DNA from: Promethearchaeota archaeon
GTDB taxonomy: Archaea; Asgardarchaeota; Lokiarchaeia; Sigyniarchaeales; SOKP01
Length of the DNA: 64,000 nt
Assembly: GCA_016839765.1 (NCBI GenBank)
Contig: JAEOTP010000015.1
Location: 98,282-162,281 of the forward strand
Direction of reading: 5' to 3'
Shown here one piece after another: positions 1 through 10,064 of this stretch. The notes under the pieces are model-generated. The model did no database searches. It saw only the letters and a list, made by a program, of their open reading frames with translations, and was not told the DNA's origin. The position numbers and the translations under genes are program-made. Each line of letters starts with the position of its first letter. Position 1 is the first letter of the stretch.

Positions 1-276
1 ATATCTTTATCGGGAAATCAATTTATGAAAGCTATCTCAGAACTAAACGAAGCTAACTTCAATTTAAAAGAGACGATCATTGGAACAAAATATATTCCGA
101 TAATTAAAGAGAAAATTAATGCTTTTAAGAAAGAATTAGGTATTAAAGTAGAAACAGAAGAGAAGGTGAAAATTGAAAAAGCTGAGGATGAAGAAGATTT
201 TCTGAGAGTAAAAATCGCTGCTCGAAGAGCCGAACGTAGAAAAAGAATAAAAGATTTGTTAGAAAAAAAGGAATAA
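1..276 (+). CDS. C-terminal part of a hypothetical protein (truncated by window edge)
   Basis: Frame is open from base 1 (ISLSGNQFMKAIS...). Charged helical tail, stop at 276. Confidence 0.7.
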   Translation: MSLSGNQFMKAISELNEANFNLKETIIGTKYIPIIKEKINAFKKELGIKVETEEKVKIEKAEDEEDFLRVKIAARRAERRKRIKDLLEKKE

Positions 277-322
277 TTAGTTCTTTATTTAATTGAATCA
301 TAAGAAGAAAAAAAGAAAAAAA

Positions 323-538
323 TTATATTAATTCTTGAATTTGGTTTTCTATATCTGTTTGGATAATACTAGGATTGAGATTCCTTTTTACAGATTCTTC
401 TATTAGATATTCTGTTTTTATTAAATCTCTAATCCCCACTCGTATAGCTTCTGAGCGATTTGGGAACTTACCTTCTGCAACTAGTATCTCTAAAACTTTT
501 AAATATGATTCTGGCAAATTAACTGAGATTAACCTCAT
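323..538 (-). CDS. Ribbon-helix-helix (CopG/Arc/MetJ) regulator, CdrS-like
   Basis: MRLISVNLP beta-ribbon followed by GKFPNRSEAIRVGIRDLI, resembling the FPNRSEAIR motif of archaeal CdrS-type RHH proteins. Confidence 0.85.
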   Translation of the reverse strand: MRLISVNLPESYLKVLEILVAEGKFPNRSEAIRVGIRDLIKTEYLIEESVKRNLNPSIIQTDIENQIQELI

Positions 539-609
539 ATACTTTCACACTAGTATATCTGTTTATTTATATTTGATATTACTGACGTATTATATTATTA
601 TCACGCTCA

Positions 610-623
610 TATATAAAGTTTTC
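610..623 (-). promoter_or_regulatory. BRE/TATA promoter for the RHH gene
   Basis: Minus strand reads GAAAAC-TTTATATA about 70 nt upstream of the ATG at 538. Confidence 0.55.
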
Positions 624-824
624 AATGGAAAACGACCCCCAGAAATCCGACAAAAAAAACCTCACTATTTAAAATGAAGTTTACTTAAATTTGGTTAATA
701 ATTTTCTTATTTTAAACCAAGAAATTGAAATATTTAAATATTTTTTTATAGAATTAGAAAAATATATATATATGATATTATATGTAACATGTAACATAAT
801 ATAAATTATAAGGAAAAGATAAAA

Positions 825-1148
825 ATGTCAAGTATTCAAAATCAATTAAAAGATCATTTAGCTAAAGGCGCCGATTGGGAAAAGATGGAAACCCCAGTTC
901 CAGGAGTATATGTAGTTAAAGTCCCTGCAACTAAAACAAGACCAGCATTATTATTTTTAGAGGTTAATCCATTAAAAGATGACGGATCACCTATGAAACG
1001 TAAAGGATTATTTGTAGGATCTAAAGAAATGTTGATTAAATTCGGTGAAGCTTTAAATGATGATAAGGTTTTTCAATTAATTGGAGAAGTTGAAAAAGTT
1101 AATCCTAAAGAAACAAAAGTTAATTCTACTAAGAAGCTTGAAATGTAA
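825..1148 (+). CDS. Conserved archaeal hypothetical protein
   Basis: 107 aa ORF with DWEKMETPVPGVYVVKVP and LEVNP...KRKGL motifs. Purine-rich RBS upstream. Confidence 0.8.
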   Translation: MSSIQNQLKDHLAKGADWEKMETPVPGVYVVKVPATKTRPALLFLEVNPLKDDGSPMKRKGLFVGSKEMLIKFGEALNDDKVFQLIGEVEKVNPKETKVNSTKKLEM

Positions 1149-1285
1149 TTTCATTTATTTGTAAATTATTTTCTATTTTATTTCAAATTAATTATGTAAA
1201 TCATTTAATTTTAAAAGATATGCTCTATTAATAATTTAAAGAACAGTTATTATTAATACGTATTTAATAAAAGCGAGGAGAAAAA

Positions 1286-1567
1286 ATGACCGAGGATTTT
1301 GATGGAAAACACTGCCAGCAGTGCGGTAGTGAATCATTTCGGCTCGTACATGACGAGTGGATGGCCAGAGCATTTCGATTTGTTGAAAAAGGACAATTAA
1401 AAATGTGTGATAGCTGTGGTGCAAAATATTTGATTTGTCAACAATGTGGATCATTATTTACACGGGTACATCCAGCCTTAGAAGCATGGGAGGTCAACCA
1501 AAAGTGCGCAGTATGTGGTTATGAGGATCCTGAAGTAAAAGCTTGGGATGGCGTATCTGCTCGCTGA
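1286..1567 (+). CDS. Small double zinc-ribbon protein
   Basis: Four CxxC(G) motifs (CQQCG, CDSCG, CQQCG, CAVCG). GAGGAG RBS. Confidence 0.85.
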   Translation: MTEDFDGKHCQQCGSESFRLVHDEWMARAFRFVEKGQLKMCDSCGAKYLICQQCGSLFTRVHPALEAWEVNQKCAVCGYEDPEVKAWDGVSAR

Positions 1568-1783
1568 ATGGTTAATCCAAAATTATTGCATTACTAGTTA
1601 TTTTCTTTTTCTTATTTTCTATTAACTTTTTGAATGGGTTATTAAATTTGATATAAATTGATTAACTGAAAAAATTAAAATTTATAAAAGATTAGGAAAT
1701 AAGTAATTAATTAAAGGTCAAGTAAATTTAAATTTTGAAGGAGTATATAATATTTTATTATCCATAAAAGAAAAGAAAAAAAA

Positions 1784-2257
1784 ATGTCAATAAAAATAGA
1801 TCTTGCCAGTCCTGAACAAATTGATGCCTTAAGAAAACTTACTAGGCAGCTTGTGGAAGGGTTGGGCCAAGAATTTGATCATAAAAGATTTGATTGGGGC
1901 ATCTCTAGGAGAATTTATGATAAATTGCAAAGGCATGGAATATTAATTGCTATTGATGAGGATAAAGACGATGAAGTAATAGGTATGATTGTGGCTGAAT
2001 TGCGAATTGATCCTTTTGGAACCTCTGAAGGATATATTAAACAAGTATTTCTTAAGGAGGATTATCGGGGAAAAGGTATTGGAGAATTGCTTATAAAAAA
2101 AGCCATTGAACATTTACAAAAAATCAAAGTTGAGAAAGTAAAGGTAAATATTAAAGAGAAAGCAAAAGTAGCAGCCAACCTCTATTCTAAAATGCATTTC
2201 AAAAAGGTTTATGAAGTTTTAGAATTGGATTTATCAAAAGAAAGATTTGACGATTAA
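1784..2257 (+). CDS. GNAT family N-acetyltransferase
   Basis: Acetyl-CoA motif A (VFLKEDYRGKGIGELL) and motif B (AANLYSKMHF). Confidence 0.9.
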   Translation: MSIKIDLASPEQIDALRKLTRQLVEGLGQEFDHKRFDWGISRRIYDKLQRHGILIAIDEDKDDEVIGMIVAELRIDPFGTSEGYIKQVFLKEDYRGKGIGELLIKKAIEHLQKIKVEKVKVNIKEKAKVAANLYSKMHFKKVYEVLELDLSKERFDD

Positions 2258-2283
2258 ATAAATAATATTAAAAAGTTATAATT

Positions 2284-3261
2284 TTGAATAAATTAGAAAA
2301 ACCCTGGGTAGAAAAGTACAGACCAAGGAAATTCGATGAAATTGTTAGTCAAAGCATAGCAGTAAATAATTTACGTAAGTTTACTAATTCTGGAAATATG
2401 CCTCACTTGATTTTTTCTGGACCGGCTGGCACTGGAAAAACAAGCACTGCATTAATTATTGCAAGGGAGATGATTAAAGGGGAGAAGTATATTAGAAATG
2501 TGCTTGAATTAAACGCTTCAGATACAGTTAGAATGGACTATGTTAGGAGCGTAATTAAGGATTTTGTAAGTCAAAAAATGATAATAGAGGAAAATTCTTT
2601 AAAATTTATAATCCTAGATGAGGCAGACAATATTCCAGGGCAAGTTCAGCAGGCTCTTAGGAGAATAATAGAACAAGCGTCTAGCAATGTTAAATTTATA
2701 TTATTGTGTAATTATATTAATCGAATTATTGATCCGATTGTTTCTAGATGTGCTGTATTTAGATTTGTTAATCTGCCTGAAAGTGAAATAACTGAAAGAT
2801 TGAAATATATTACTAAACAAGAGAAAATTAAATTTCCACAGGATAAGCAGGAAATCTTCTATAAAATGCTTTTCTTTATATCTGGTGGTGATCTAAGGAG
2901 AGCAATTAATACTCTACAAATGTCTGTAGCACTTGAATTAATAGAGAATTTAGATCTGAATGAAATTTTAAGAATATCAGGTTTCTTAGATAATACAACT
3001 TTAGATAAATTAATTAACACAATTAAAACTAAAGATTTTAAAGCTTCTAAACAAATTATTGAGGGTGTAGGTAATTTTGATAGTCGCAATTTCATAAAAC
3101 AGCTAATAAACGTCCTTCCCAAACTTAACATTAATCATCAAAATTTGAATTCGATATTATCATATATTGGTACTATTGATTATCGAGTAAATCAAGGTGG
3201 AGATAAAAATATTCAATTAACCTCTCTTATTGCTGAAATAATTAAAAGTATTAATAATTAG
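2284..3261 (+). CDS. rfcS: Replication factor C small subunit 1
   Basis: PWVEKYRP, Walker A GPAGTGKT, ELNASD, Walker B DEAD, SRC arginine finger, GDLRRAIN. Confidence 0.95.
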   Translation: MNKLEKPWVEKYRPRKFDEIVSQSIAVNNLRKFTNSGNMPHLIFSGPAGTGKTSTALIIAREMIKGEKYIRNVLELNASDTVRMDYVRSVIKDFVSQKMIIEENSLKFIILDEADNIPGQVQQALRRIIEQASSNVKFILLCNYINRIIDPIVSRCAVFRFVNLPESEITERLKYITKQEKIKFPQDKQEIFYKMLFFISGGDLRRAINTLQMSVALELIENLDLNEILRISGFLDNTTLDKLINTIKTKDFKASKQIIEGVGNFDSRNFIKQLINVLPKLNINHQNLNSILSYIGTIDYRVNQGGDKNIQLTSLIAEIIKSINN

Positions 3262-3279
3262 CCTTTTATAGTGTTTTAA

Positions 3280-4326
3280 TTGAGTAAAGAAATTCCGATT
3301 TGGCGAGTTAAATATTTTCCAAACACATTAGAACAAATATGTGGAAGGGAGAAATTAAAAGGAAGGTTAAATAGTTTTATTAAATCAAACAACTTTCCTC
3401 ACCTATTACTAGCTGGTCCAGAGGGTATTGGAAAAACCACTATAGCTACATTATTTTCAAAAGCATTTTTAGGTGATTTATTTAATCCAAATTTCAGGAT
3501 AGTATACGCAGATATACCTCTGACAAGCGAAGAAAGGAAACAAGCTCGGACTGAAGCATATGTTTCAAAAAGCAAAATTGGGAGCTTAGCAGGAAGGACA
3601 ATTACTACTCCCGCATTTTTACAATTGAAAATTAAACCATTTATCCAATTAAAAGTATTTGGAGGTGCTTCGTTTAAAATCTTAATTATAAAAAATTTTG
3701 AAGCGTTGGGTTCAAATCAGCAAGGATTTCGACGTTTAATGGAGAGTTATGGGACTAATTGTCGTATGATTTTAATCACAACTAACATTTCAAGTATTAT
3801 TGACCCTATTATCAGTCGTTGCCAACTTTTAATAATTTCTGCAGCCGATTATACCTCGTTTAAAAATCTAATTCTTGATATTGCTAATAAGGAATCATTA
3901 ATCGTTAAGAATAAAACGATTGAATTGCTTTATAGAATAACCGAGGGTAAAATATCTAATGCTATTGATTTATTGCAACTAAGCAGCATAAATAGTAAAA
4001 ATGTTGATCTAAATAAACTATATGATAATTTAATTAGCTCACAAAACGAATTAATTAGAAGTTTATTATTATTATCCTTTAAGGGAGATTTTTCAAAAGC
4101 AAGAGAATTATCTCGTAATATTCAAGCTAGTTACAGATATACAGCTCATGAAATTTTTAAATTATTACTCAATGAGTTATTAAAGCTACCACTTAGTACG
4201 TTTAGCAAGTGTAAATTAATTGATTTAATTGCAAACGCAGATTTTAGAGCAATTGATGGTTTAGATTCAGATATTCAAGTCTCTAATCTAATAGCTAAAA
4301 TTTGTTATTTTTCAGAATTTATATAG
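3280..4326 (+). CDS. Replication factor C small subunit 2 (divergent Walker B)
   Basis: WRVKYFP, PHLLLAGPEGIGKT, Walker B replaced by IIKNFEAL, SRC retained, collar-like C-terminus. Confidence 0.88.
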   Translation: MSKEIPIWRVKYFPNTLEQICGREKLKGRLNSFIKSNNFPHLLLAGPEGIGKTTIATLFSKAFLGDLFNPNFRIVYADIPLTSEERKQARTEAYVSKSKIGSLAGRTITTPAFLQLKIKPFIQLKVFGGASFKILIIKNFEALGSNQQGFRRLMESYGTNCRMILITTNISSIIDPIISRCQLLIISAADYTSFKNLILDIANKESLIVKNKTIELLYRITEGKISNAIDLLQLSSINSKNVDLNKLYDNLISSQNELIRSLLLLSFKGDFSKARELSRNIQASYRYTAHEIFKLLLNELLKLPLSTFSKCKLIDLIANADFRAIDGLDSDIQVSNLIAKICYFSEFI

Positions 4327-4334
4327 GTGATTTA

Positions 4335-5696
4335 GTGCCAAGTAAGCTTAAAAAAAATATTCCTTGGGTAGAAAAATACCGTCCTCAATCTATTAATGAT
4401 ATGGCTTTACCGACAGCTAAAATTAAAGGGCATAAAGTAAAACTAAATGAAGATTTAAAAAATTTCATCGAGTATTTCTTCAAAGAAATAGAGCAAATTA
4501 ATATTAAGAATAGAAAAATTAGGCAATTTAATCGAACTCATCTGGAAAAAGAGCAAAAAGAGGTATTAAAAATTGCCCCAGAAAAAGCCGCAATCCTTCT
4601 TGAGGGGCCTCCAGGAGTCGGTAAAACTTCTATAGTGTATGCTTTGGCCAATGATTTAAATATGCAGGTCATCGAAACTAATGCCTCTGATACTAGGACA
4701 AAAGCTAACTTAGAAGCTAAGTTAAAAGAAACTGTAAAAACTAGAGGAATAATGGATTATATTATGGAAAGTAAACGTAAATTAATACTTATTGATGAGG
4801 TTGATGGTATTTATGGAGTTTCTGATCGAGGAGCATTACCTACTATTTTAAATTTAATTGAAAGCACTCAGTTTCCAATAATTTTATGTTCAAATGAATA
4901 TAAACAGAATTTACAACCAATATATAATAAAATTAAAAAGTATGAGATTAATCCTCTTCCAGATCAAGAAATTTTAAGAGTTGCGAAAAGAATACTTAAA
5001 GAAGAAAAGATTTCTGATTTAAGTGAGGAGGATTTACATTTAATTATTGAAAAAAATAATGGAGATCTTAGAGGAACCATTAATGATATACAAGCATTAA
5101 GTCAGGGGGTTATGGATAAAGAATATAAAGATTTAATATTGAAATTACACAGAGATAGTTATGAAGAGATTTTTAAATTAATAAGAGATTTATTTCAAAA
5201 AGTAAGAACCCTTAAGGAAGCTCGCGGTTTAACTGATAAATCTGATGTTGATTATAACTTTCTTTATAAATGGGTGAATGAAAATCTACCTAATTTTATT
5301 AATCTTAAGAATGAAATTACCAATGCATATGATAATCTATCAATTGCAGATGAAATTTTTGGGAGAATAAGGAGAAATCAATATTGGTCACTTTTACCTT
5401 ATTTCTACGATCTTTTTGCTGGGGGTGTTGCTTTATCCAAGTCTGATAAATCTTCCAAACCCGGATTTCGAAGAGTTTCCTTTCCTCGATATAGAACCTC
5501 TGGGTTTTTCGCAGTAACAGCCACTGAAAAATTATTTACTGAAAAAATACAAGAAAAATATAATATTTCTGAGAGGGAAATAATTCAGGATTTTCTCCCA
5601 TTTTTAAGGACACTTTGTAGAAGCTCAAGAAGACAGTTAAAAGAGATAGCAGAATGGCTAGAATTAGACGCAAAAGAGAAAAAATTATTAAAATAA
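4335..5696 (+). CDS. rfcL: Replication factor C large subunit
   Basis: PWVEKYRP, GPPGVGKT, ETNASD, DEVDG, GDLR, no SRC. Start moved to GTG 4335 behind an AGGTGA RBS. Confidence 0.92.
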   Translation: MPSKLKKNIPWVEKYRPQSINDMALPTAKIKGHKVKLNEDLKNFIEYFFKEIEQINIKNRKIRQFNRTHLEKEQKEVLKIAPEKAAILLEGPPGVGKTSIVYALANDLNMQVIETNASDTRTKANLEAKLKETVKTRGIMDYIMESKRKLILIDEVDGIYGVSDRGALPTILNLIESTQFPIILCSNEYKQNLQPIYNKIKKYEINPLPDQEILRVAKRILKEEKISDLSEEDLHLIIEKNNGDLRGTINDIQALSQGVMDKEYKDLILKLHRDSYEEIFKLIRDLFQKVRTLKEARGLTDKSDVDYNFLYKWVNENLPNFINLKNEITNAYDNLSIADEIFGRIRRNQYWSLLPYFYDLFAGGVALSKSDKSSKPGFRRVSFPRYRTSGFFAVTATEKLFTEKIQEKYNISEREIIQDFLPFLRTLCRSSRRQLKEIAEWLELDAKEKKLLK

Positions 5697-5962
5697 AGAA
5701 GAGTAATTTTTGAATTTAATTATCTCTCCATTTATGAGTAGATGCAAATTTATATTTTATTGCTGAAATAATTATAAAGAATAAATATTTCAACACTTTC
5801 AATTAAATATATGCCCTTATTATAGATAATATAAAAATATTCAATAGATTTTTAATTTAAAATCTTTTCGAGAATATAATTAAAAAGTTTTAACTACCCA
5901 AATTTTTTTAAATATTGTATTTATAACTTCAATTAATACAAATCAATTTTCTTAAGCTTAAA

Positions 5963-6640
5963 ATGCAAGTTAAAATAAAAGAAACCAAAGAAAAAGAGGC
6001 TAAGAGATCGATTAGGTCTCAAACTACTTTGCAAATTTCCGGAGCCGCCTTATTTGGTGCTCTTTCAATTGTTGTTGGAGCATTAATAACTCCAACTTTG
6101 ACTGAATTACTAAGAGTTCCAGGTTGGCATATTGCAATCATTGATTTAATATCTTTAATATGGGTTACATGTTTCTTTTTATTTGGGGAAAAAGCAGGAT
6201 TATTATGTTGTGTAATTGGTGCATTAGGATTAATGCCATTTGATACTACAGCACCTATAGGGCCTTTAATGAAGCTAGCAGCTACTGTTTCTTTAATAAT
6301 TGTCCCAATTTTGTTTTTAAAATTGTATAGAAAGGAAGAAGGAATAAGAAAAAGTCAAAAATTGAAAAATCCCCGAAATATTATTATTTATGGATTATTA
6401 GGTACAGCACTTCGAATTATTATTATGCTCTTATTAAACATTTTAATAGGTTTGACAATTTATTCAATGTTTCTTGATTCTATCACACTTGAGTTTATGG
6501 GCTTACCAGGAATTACTGGCATAACGGCAATTATTATTGGAGCTCCGATAATTAATGCTTGGCAAAGTGGCTTAGATTTAATTATTCCTTATATAATTGT
6601 ATTTGGGACTAAACTTGATCAAAAGTACGAAATTTGGTAA
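5963..6640 (+). CDS. ECF transporter S-component-like membrane protein
   Basis: Multi-pass hydrophobic protein with ISGAALFGALSIV first helix, typical of S components. Confidence 0.65.
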   Translation: MQVKIKETKEKEAKRSIRSQTTLQISGAALFGALSIVVGALITPTLTELLRVPGWHIAIIDLISLIWVTCFFLFGEKAGLLCCVIGALGLMPFDTTAPIGPLMKLAATVSLIIVPILFLKLYRKEEGIRKSQKLKNPRNIIIYGLLGTALRIIIMLLLNILIGLTIYSMFLDSITLEFMGLPGITGITAIIIGAPIINAWQSGLDLIIPYIIVFGTKLDQKYEIW

Positions 6641-6834
6641 TCTATTCCTTAAATTCTCTCTTTTTTTCTTCTATCATATTATTAAATCAATTTTTTATTT
6701 CGATTATATTTAAAAAATATTAGAACTCATGATTTTGGGGATGGTGAGAAATCATTTTTAAAAAAAGAGAACCCAAATTTAAAGGAAGAAAGAAAATTTA
6801 TTAATAATATCTTTAAAACTAAGAATGATTTATA

Positions 6835-8097
6835 ATGATTGTATCAAAAGAAATTCAAGATTTTTTATTAAATGATGCATTAGAAAGATTTTTAAGATAT
6901 GTTAAGGTATGGACAACCTCGGATGAGAGCTCTACTTCTTTGCCATCGACAAATAATCAATTAGAACTTGCAAAAAAGTTAGTAGAAGAATTAAAACAAC
7001 TTGGTTTAGAAGATGTTATTCTAGATGAGTTGGGATTTGTTTATGCTTATCTTCCACCAAATCAAGGTTTTGAACACGCTAAGCCTATAGGTTTTTTAGC
7101 ACACTTAGATACCGCCTCTAGCGTAAGTGGTAAAGACGTAAAACCTGTTATACATAGAAATTATAATGGAAGTGAAATTAAATTTGCTGCTGATAAGGAG
7201 TTACTCTTAACTACTAATGATTCACCTCAATTAAAGGAATATATTGGTCTAGATATAATTACCACACAAGGAGATACTCTGTTAGGAGCTGATGATAAAG
7301 CTGGAATTGCTGAAATTATAGCCGCGTGTTCCGCTTGGAAAAAATTCCCAGAATTAAAGCATGGTCCAATAATTATATGCTTTACTCCTGATGAGGAAAT
7401 TGGCAAAGGTATTGATAATATCAATGAGAAAAAATTAGCTAAAATTTGTTATACAATAGATGGAGGAGAAATGGGAGAATTAGTATTTGAATGTTTTGAT
7501 GCATGGCTCGCTACTATTAAATTTAAAGGTTTAAGTGTTCATCCGGGGTATGCTAAAAGTTTGATGATTAATACAATCCAAATTGCTAGTAGATTTTTTA
7601 GTGAACTTCCTGAATCTGAATCACCTGAGCATACAGAAAATAGAGAAGGTTATTTTTATTTAACAAGATTGCAAGGAACAACTGAGGAATCAAATGCGCG
7701 GTTATTAATTAGAGATTTTGAACAAAAAAATAACCAGAGACGAGTTGATTATCTAAAAAATTTAAAAAAGACTTATGAAATACGCTATCCTGGTTTAGTT
7801 ATCGAAATAGATTTTCTTCATCAATATGAAAATATGTTAAAATTTATAGAAAAGAAACCAATTATTGTTAATTTAGCTAAAAAAGCAATTGAAAAAACAG
7901 GGTTAAAAGTAAAACTTCAACCAATAAGAGGAGGAACAGATGGAGCTCGATTGAGTGCAAAAGGAATTCTTACGCCAAACATTTTTACAGGAGGATTATT
8001 TGCTCACTCCAGAAAAGAATATATACCAACTCTAGCCTTACAGAAAACTGCTGAAGTTATACTTTATTTAGCTGAATTATGGACTGAAGATCAATGA
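6835..8097 (+). CDS. pepT: Peptidase T (tripeptide aminopeptidase, M20B)
   Basis: AHLDT, TLLGADDKAG, FTPDEEIG, HPGYAK, IRGGTDG, HSRKE motifs. Confidence 0.95.
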   Translation: MIVSKEIQDFLLNDALERFLRYVKVWTTSDESSTSLPSTNNQLELAKKLVEELKQLGLEDVILDELGFVYAYLPPNQGFEHAKPIGFLAHLDTASSVSGKDVKPVIHRNYNGSEIKFAADKELLLTTNDSPQLKEYIGLDIITTQGDTLLGADDKAGIAEIIAACSAWKKFPELKHGPIIICFTPDEEIGKGIDNINEKKLAKICYTIDGGEMGELVFECFDAWLATIKFKGLSVHPGYAKSLMINTIQIASRFFSELPESESPEHTENREGYFYLTRLQGTTEESNARLLIRDFEQKNNQRRVDYLKNLKKTYEIRYPGLVIEIDFLHQYENMLKFIEKKPIIVNLAKKAIEKTGLKVKLQPIRGGTDGARLSAKGILTPNIFTGGLFAHSRKEYIPTLALQKTAEVILYLAELWTEDQ

Positions 8098-8117
8098 AAA
8101 TAGAAAAAATTATTTTA

Positions 8118-9341
8118 TTATTCTCCTTTCTTAATAATTTTAGAGAAATCTGTAAGGACAAATATTATAATACAGATAAATAATAGAATTGATATATATA
8201 TAAATGCCCATGTAAAAGAAAATATATCATAAATTAAGCCAAAAATTAGAGATTCTGCCAAAGATATAAGGCCTACTGAGAGATAATAATATCCATAAGC
8301 ACGTCCCCTTTTTTTCTTACCTGATAAATCTGCAATATAAGCTCTTGAAATTGGATCTACAGAGGCTAAATAATATCCGTATACAATGAAAATGATAAAT
8401 ATCAATATTATTGAAAGAAAAGAAATTTCAATAGGAAAAGCCAAAAGAATACAGGAGATTAATAATACCGACAAACCAATTATAATAATTGGTTTACGAC
8501 CAATTTTATCAGAAAAAGTTCCGGTTATAGGAGAAAAGAATGCATAAACAACATTGCTAATTAAGTATAAGATAGGAATAAAAGAAATTCCTGGGATGTA
8601 ATTTAAAGCTCTGATTTGGAGGAATGCGATATCTAAGCTAGCAAATTCAATAACTCCTAAAACAATAATTAATTTAATAAAATTTCTATCAATTTTTTCA
8701 TCTTTAGGTTTTTCTTCCTTAAAACCTAAAATTTTATCAATTTCATTAGGATCGACATCTTTTACTGTAAATATCAAAGCAATTGCCAGAACACCCGGTA
8801 CGATTGAAAAATATATAATTTGTGAAAGTGACCATGTTAAATATATGAAAATAAATGCTAAAAGTGAACCTATTACTGCGCCTAATGTATCCATTGCCCT
8901 ATGTAAACCAAATGTTTTACCCCTATCAATAGCATAGTAAGATATGAGGGTGTCTCTTGAAGAAGTTCTGATTCCCTTTCCAAAACGATCAATAGATTTT
9001 AATCCTAACACAAATTCCCATGATGGACTCAAACCGATAAGAGGTTTGGATAAATTAGAGAGGGTATACCCGGCAACAACAAAAGGTTTCCTTCTATTTA
9101 TCTTGTCACTTAACCACCCTGTAATACCTTTTAAAATATTTGAAATGGCAATAGTAACACCTGAAATTAAGCCAATAATTACAACAGTCCCCCCAATTTC
9201 CCGAATAAATAATGGCAGGATACTTTGGATCATTTCACTTGAAATATCTGTGAATAAAGACACCAATCCCATGATAAATACTTGAACAGAGACTCCCAGA
9301 ATTAACTTTTGTGAACGATGAGAATTATTCCCTTGTGCCAT
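8118..9341 (-). CDS. MFS transporter
   Basis: About 12 TM segments. Motif A GWLSDKINRRK / FSDKIGRK, GLHRAMDTLGA. Confidence 0.92.
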   Translation of the reverse strand: MAQGNNSHRSQKLILGVSVQVFIMGLVSLFTDISSEMIQSILPLFIREIGGTVVIIGLISGVTIAISNILKGITGWLSDKINRRKPFVVAGYTLSNLSKPLIGLSPSWEFVLGLKSIDRFGKGIRTSSRDTLISYYAIDRGKTFGLHRAMDTLGAVIGSLLAFIFIYLTWSLSQIIYFSIVPGVLAIALIFTVKDVDPNEIDKILGFKEEKPKDEKIDRNFIKLIIVLGVIEFASLDIAFLQIRALNYIPGISFIPILYLISNVVYAFFSPITGTFSDKIGRKPIIIIGLSVLLISCILLAFPIEISFLSIILIFIIFIVYGYYLASVDPISRAYIADLSGKKKRGRAYGYYYLSVGLISLAESLIFGLIYDIFSFTWAFIYISILLFICIIIFVLTDFSKIIKKGE

Positions 9342-9399
9342 TTTTAGTAACTTTTTTTATTAGAATAAATATATTAAAAATAATTGAAAAAAAAAAATT

Positions 9400-10035
9400 A
9401 TGATTCCAATGTCTGAAAAAAATACTTTAATGATTATTGATGGAACGCTTAAAAGTGTAGAAGACAATTTTAAACAATTTATTGATGTTTTGGAAACCGC
9501 AAAGAATGAGTTAATTAATTTTGAAGAGGCTACTAAACTGCTAGAAACTGAAAAGCTAGCACTGGAGCGAGAAAAAGCAGAATTAGAACTAGAAAAGCAA
9601 AAGTTAGAAGCTGAAAAGGCAGAAAAAGAACAAAAAATAGGGGAATTAACGAGTGAACAGTTACGATTATTAGATGAATATAAGAATTTAAAAATTGAAT
9701 TAAAAAAATTTATGAAAATTGCTCAGGATCAAGAAGAATCTGAATATAATTTTGATAGAATTAAAGCTTTATTATCCATTACTATGTTACTAATACAGGA
9801 AATATGGCAGGGCCAGCCTCATTATAGAATTCTATTGACACTCCATGGTGATAAAGAAGAAATGACACGCGAAGAAATAAAAAATACTACTGGGATTTCT
9901 GGAGCAATGGTTCTAAGGGCTGTTCATGAATTAGCAAATATAGATGTATTGCAATACGATGAGGAAAAATCTCTCGTTAAATTGAAAAGAAGACTATTTG
10001 CAAAAAAAGCTTTAGAAAAAAAACCAGAACAATAA
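9400..10035 (+). CDS. Coiled-coil protein with C-terminal winged-helix-like domain
   Basis: Long E/K-rich heptad region followed by MTREEIKNTTGISGAMVLRAVHELANIDVLQYD (HTH plus wing). Confidence 0.75.
   Translation: MIPMSEKNTLMIIDGTLKSVEDNFKQFIDVLETAKNELINFEEATKLLETEKLALEREKAELELEKQKLEAEKAEKEQKIGELTSEQLRLLDEYKNLKIELKKFMKIAQDQEESEYNFDRIKALLSITMLLIQEIWQGQPHYRILLTLHGDKEEMTREEIKNTTGISGAMVLRAVHELANIDVLQYDEEKSLVKLKRRLFAKKALEKKPEQ
9541..9624 (+). repeat. Four degenerate 21-bp tandem repeats encoding LExEKxx heptads
   Basis: LETEKLA-LEREKAE-LELEKQK-LEAEKAE. Confidence 0.7.
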
Positions 10036-10064
10036 AAAATTTCTTTCTTTTATTTAAGGATTTA

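Noticed and set aside
375-677. Plus-strand 100-aa ORF
   Set aside because: Antisense shadow of the RHH gene and its promoter. The many short ORFs nested antisense or off-frame in larger genes were rejected likewise.
6729-6756. GGGGATGGTG inside a short inverted repeat upstream of pepT, resembling the start of a fluoride riboswitch
   Set aside because: Lacks the complementary CC strand and the downstream conserved pseudoknot segment, and the gene context does not fit.
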